The position numbers and the translations under genes were made by a program. The notes under the pieces were generated by a model. That model had not been told where the DNA came from. It did no database searches and was given only the letters and a program-made list of their open reading frames with translations. This document shows positions 58,976 through 61,633 of a stretch of 61,633 nt of DNA, piece by piece (position 1 is the stretch's first letter; each line of letters begins with the position of its first letter). The stretch is from Gammaproteobacteria bacterium (GTDB lineage: Bacteria > Pseudomonadota > Gammaproteobacteria > S012-40). The stretch is from assembly GCA_029883265.1 (NCBI GenBank), contig JAOUJM010000002.1, forward strand, positions 1-61,633, given 5' to 3'.

Positions 58976-60559
58976 ATGTCTGACTTACAACCACAAATCA
59001 ATCGTCGGCGAACATTCGCGATTATCTCGCATCCGGATGCCGGTAAAACCACGGTTACAGAGAAATTACTATTATTCGGTGGAGCGATTCAGTTAGCCGG
59101 TACGGTTAAAGGCCGCAAGGCTGCTCGACATGCGACCTCTGATTGGATGGAAATGGAAAAACAACGCGGTATTTCCGTGACATCCTCGGTAATGCAGTTT
59201 CCGTATGGCGATAAGATTATTAATTTACTCGATACCCCAGGCCATGAGGATTTTTCTGAAGATACCTATCGCACCCTAACAGCCGTGGATTCAGCTATGA
59301 TGGTGATTGACGTCGCCAAAGGGGTTGAGGATCGCACTATTAAATTAATGGAAGTGTGTCGTTTGCGTGATACACCAATTCTGACGTTTATAAACAAGCT
59401 GGATCGCGAAGGTCGGGAGCCAATTGAGCTACTCGATGAAGTAGAAGCAATATTAAAAATTCAGTGCGCCCCCATGACTTGGCCGATTGGTATGGGTAAA
59501 CGATTTAAAGGTGTGTATCATCTTTATAATGATTGTGTGCATATTTTTAGTGCCACCCATGGCGGCAAAATTCAAGAAGGTGAAACTATTCAAGGCTTGG
59601 ATAATCCACGTTTGGCTGAACTTGTTGGCGAATCCGTAGTTGCAGAATTAAAAGATGAAATTGAATTAGTGCGCGGGGCGAGTCATGAATTTGATTTGCA
59701 ATTATATTTAGAAGGAAAACTGACGCCAGTTTATTTTGGTTCGGCGATTAACAATTTTGGAATTAAAGAATTGCTCGATGCGTTGGCTCAATTTGCACCT
59801 GCACCGTTGCAACGTGAAACCAAGACACGCATTGTAAAACCTGATGAAGAAAATTTTTCTGGTTTTGTGTTTAAAATCCAAGCCAATATGGACCCGGCGC
59901 ATCGTGACCGTGTGGCATTTTTGCGAGTATGTTCCGGGAAATATCAAAAAGGTAAAAAGATTCGACACGTACGTATTGGTAAAGATGTATTGATTAGCAA
60001 TGCTATTACTTTTATGGCACAAGAGCGAGATCATGTGGAAGAAGCCTATCCCGGTGATATTATCGGTTTGCATAATCATGGCACTATTCAAATCGGTGAT
60101 ACCTTTACCTTAGGCGAAGATTTGAAATTCACCGGTATACCTCATTTTGCACCAGAACTTTTTCGCCGTGCACAATTACGCGACCCGCTTAAAACTAAAG
60201 CTTTAATTAAAGGGCTTGAACAACTCAGTGAAGAAGGCGCGACGCAATTATTCAAACCGCTGAACAATAATGATTTGATTCTTGGCGCAGTGGGTATTTT
60301 GCAATTTGATGTGGTCGCAGAACGCCTAAAAACCGAGTACAAAGTTGATTGTCGTTTTGAACCCGTTAACGTCGCCACTGCACGTTGGGTGGAATGTGAT
60401 GATGATAAAAAATTCGAAGAATTTAAACGCAAGGCTGCGGATAATTTAGCCATTGATGGTGGGGGCGATTTAACCTATATCGCACCAACTCGTGTGAATC
60501 TGGAACTTGCCAAAGAGCGTTATCCGGCTGTGACTTTCCGTGCAACGCGAGAACACTAA
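58976..60559 (+). CDS. prfC: Peptide chain release factor 3
   Basis: Start at ATG 58976 ([26 protein letters not shown]). GTPase motifs DTPGHEDF and NKLD are present. Confidence 0.95.
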   Translation: MSDLQPQINRRRTFAIISHPDAGKTTVTEKLLLFGGAIQLAGTVKGRKAARHATSDWMEMEKQRGISVTSSVMQFPYGDKIINLLDTPGHEDFSEDTYRTLTAVDSAMMVIDVAKGVEDRTIKLMEVCRLRDTPILTFINKLDREGREPIELLDEVEAILKIQCAPMTWPIGMGKRFKGVYHLYNDCVHIFSATHGGKIQEGETIQGLDNPRLAELVGESVVAELKDEIELVRGASHEFDLQLYLEGKLTPVYFGSAINNFGIKELLDALAQFAPAPLQRETKTRIVKPDEENFSGFVFKIQANMDPAHRDRVAFLRVCSGKYQKGKKIRHVRIGKDVLISNAITFMAQERDHVEEAYPGDIIGLHNHGTIQIGDTFTLGEDLKFTGIPHFAPELFRRAQLRDPLKTKALIKGLEQLSEEGATQLFKPLNNNDLILGAVGILQFDVVAERLKTEYKVDCRFEPVNVATARWVECDDDKKFEEFKRKAADNLAIDGGGDLTYIAPTRVNLELAKERYPAVTFRATREH

Positions 60560-60632
60560 AAAAGCAATCGATAACAGTTCTTGTTTGTTCTCTGGTTTAT
60601 ACTTAAAAAAATACACTTTTAATGAACTAGCA

Positions 60633-61533
60633 TCAGGTTTTTAATAGAAATTGATGTATGGTTTTTGGTAGTTGTTGGTGAAACGCTTCGCGATCAAACC
60701 CTGCTGGATCGCTTGCAGGTAGGAACAACGGTTTGTTCAGTTGAGGCGGGAATGGGCTAAGAAATGAAAAATGGCCTGCATTTTTTATCACTTGATGATC
60801 GATTTTTGTTTTATCCGAGACACCACTGATGATGACATCCGCATTCCAGCTTGGGGTGTATGGATCATGTTCCGCGCTCATTTAATAAGATAGGAATATC
60901 CGCAGTGCTTAAAGCTCGTGGTGCTTGAAAAAATCCAGCCGCTAGTGCAAGTAAAACCATCGCTTTAACTCGTGGGTCAGGTTCAGTATTCACTTTTTGT
61001 GCATCTTTGCTCCAAGCAATGCCTCCTGAGATGGCGAGAGCTGTATAACCACCGATGGATTGGCCGATGATAGCGACGTTATTGGTTTGTACTTGAGATT
61101 TGAATGGCTTGTGATGGCGAATGGCATCAAGGGTTAAACTAATATGTTTTGGGCGATATTCTAAATTTCGAAGTGTGCCTTCGAGTTCATTATTGTTACG
61201 GTTATTGCCTGGATGTTCGATTTGTGCAGCCACATAACCTTTTTTTGATAAATACAAAGCGATGCTTCTATACAAAAGATGCGAACCGCCGGTTCCATGA
61301 GATATGACGATGAGGGGGAATGTTCCAGCAGCGATTACTGCTTCAGGGCTAACATCAAAGCTATAAGGGCCAAACATTATGTTTGATGAAACTGTTTCGC
61401 TTGGGTAACGCAGCAAAACCTTGAACGACAGTTGATTGCTTTGGTCGAATATCTCTAGTTGCTGACTGCCTGCATACAAACTATTTTTCTCCTTAGTGCT
61501 GGTTGTGGATATTATGTTTTTAGAAGAAGCCAT
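60633..61533 (-). pseudogene. Alpha/beta hydrolase (dienelactone hydrolase / PAF-acetylhydrolase-like), frameshifted
   Basis: ORF 60865..61533 has the nucleophile elbow GQSIGG and a VISHGTGGS oxyanion region. ORF 60633..60881 continues (SAEHDPYTP...AGHFSF). The break is at T3 60881-60883. Removing one base gives ...PILLMSAEHDP... Confidence 0.7.
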
Positions 61534-61633
61534 GTGTTAATAACAGATGAACTCTAACAAATAAACCAAGCCGATGTCACAATTTTAGTTTCTAATTGTA
61601 GGTTATGTATTCCTGCAACTATTCGGCGGGAAA

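Overview
This is a 61.6-kb chromosomal segment from a moderately AT-rich proteobacterium. Conserved housekeeping gene order includes ffs-dnaX-ybaB-recR, tesA/ybbA-ybbP, ilvIHC-psd-pssA-leuA, creBC, purT, rimI and prfC. All calls come from reading the ORF translations and the DNA by eye; no database search was run, and most start codons are provisional.

**1-10.9 kb.** This is an auxiliary type VI secretion (T6SS) cargo island and the most interesting region. It encodes DUF2169 (cut by the window edge), VgrG, a small protein whose C-terminus copies the VgrG tip, and a second DUF2169. These are followed by a stand-alone PAAR-like DUF4150 protein, a ketosynthase-fold protein that has lost its Cys-His-His triad, and an AHH-motif nuclease toxin with an Imm11-like immunity gene. 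The island ends with two extra small genes, one carrying an EF-Ts N-terminal-like domain, and a TIGR02270-like HEAT protein. The parts list matches what I recall of the P. aeruginosa vgrG1b (PA0095-PA0101) cluster, but here the PAAR-like cap and the toxin are separate genes.

**11-14 kb.** A twice-frameshifted Hanks-type Ser/Thr kinase sits between unknown secreted proteins.

**14.6-26.4 kb.** This stretch holds a TorF-type porin, a GT-B-like protein and purT. It also encodes a 1872-aa lipoprotein that combines a metzincin protease domain, nine ~100-aa modules, an RCC1 propeller and a C-terminal sorting-signal-like tail. An HDOD protein follows, with two tandem paralogs that carry a CheZ-like F-x-D-x-x-x-Q motif and an ...IELF C-terminus.

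**26.4-26.7 kb.** tRNA-Ser(GGA) is followed by scrambled copies of its own 3' half.

**26.7-61.6 kb.** Mostly housekeeping genes. Oddities include a REC-PilZ protein with Glu at the phospho-acceptor position, a Leu-rich leader ORF before leuA, and a Tat-signal minipeptide. There is also a block of secreted, lipoprotein and beta-barrel genes.

**Frame breaks.** Four recognisable genes carry five frame breaks, each next to a short homopolymer run.

I found no CRISPR array, IS element, integrase, phage gene or reverse transcriptase.
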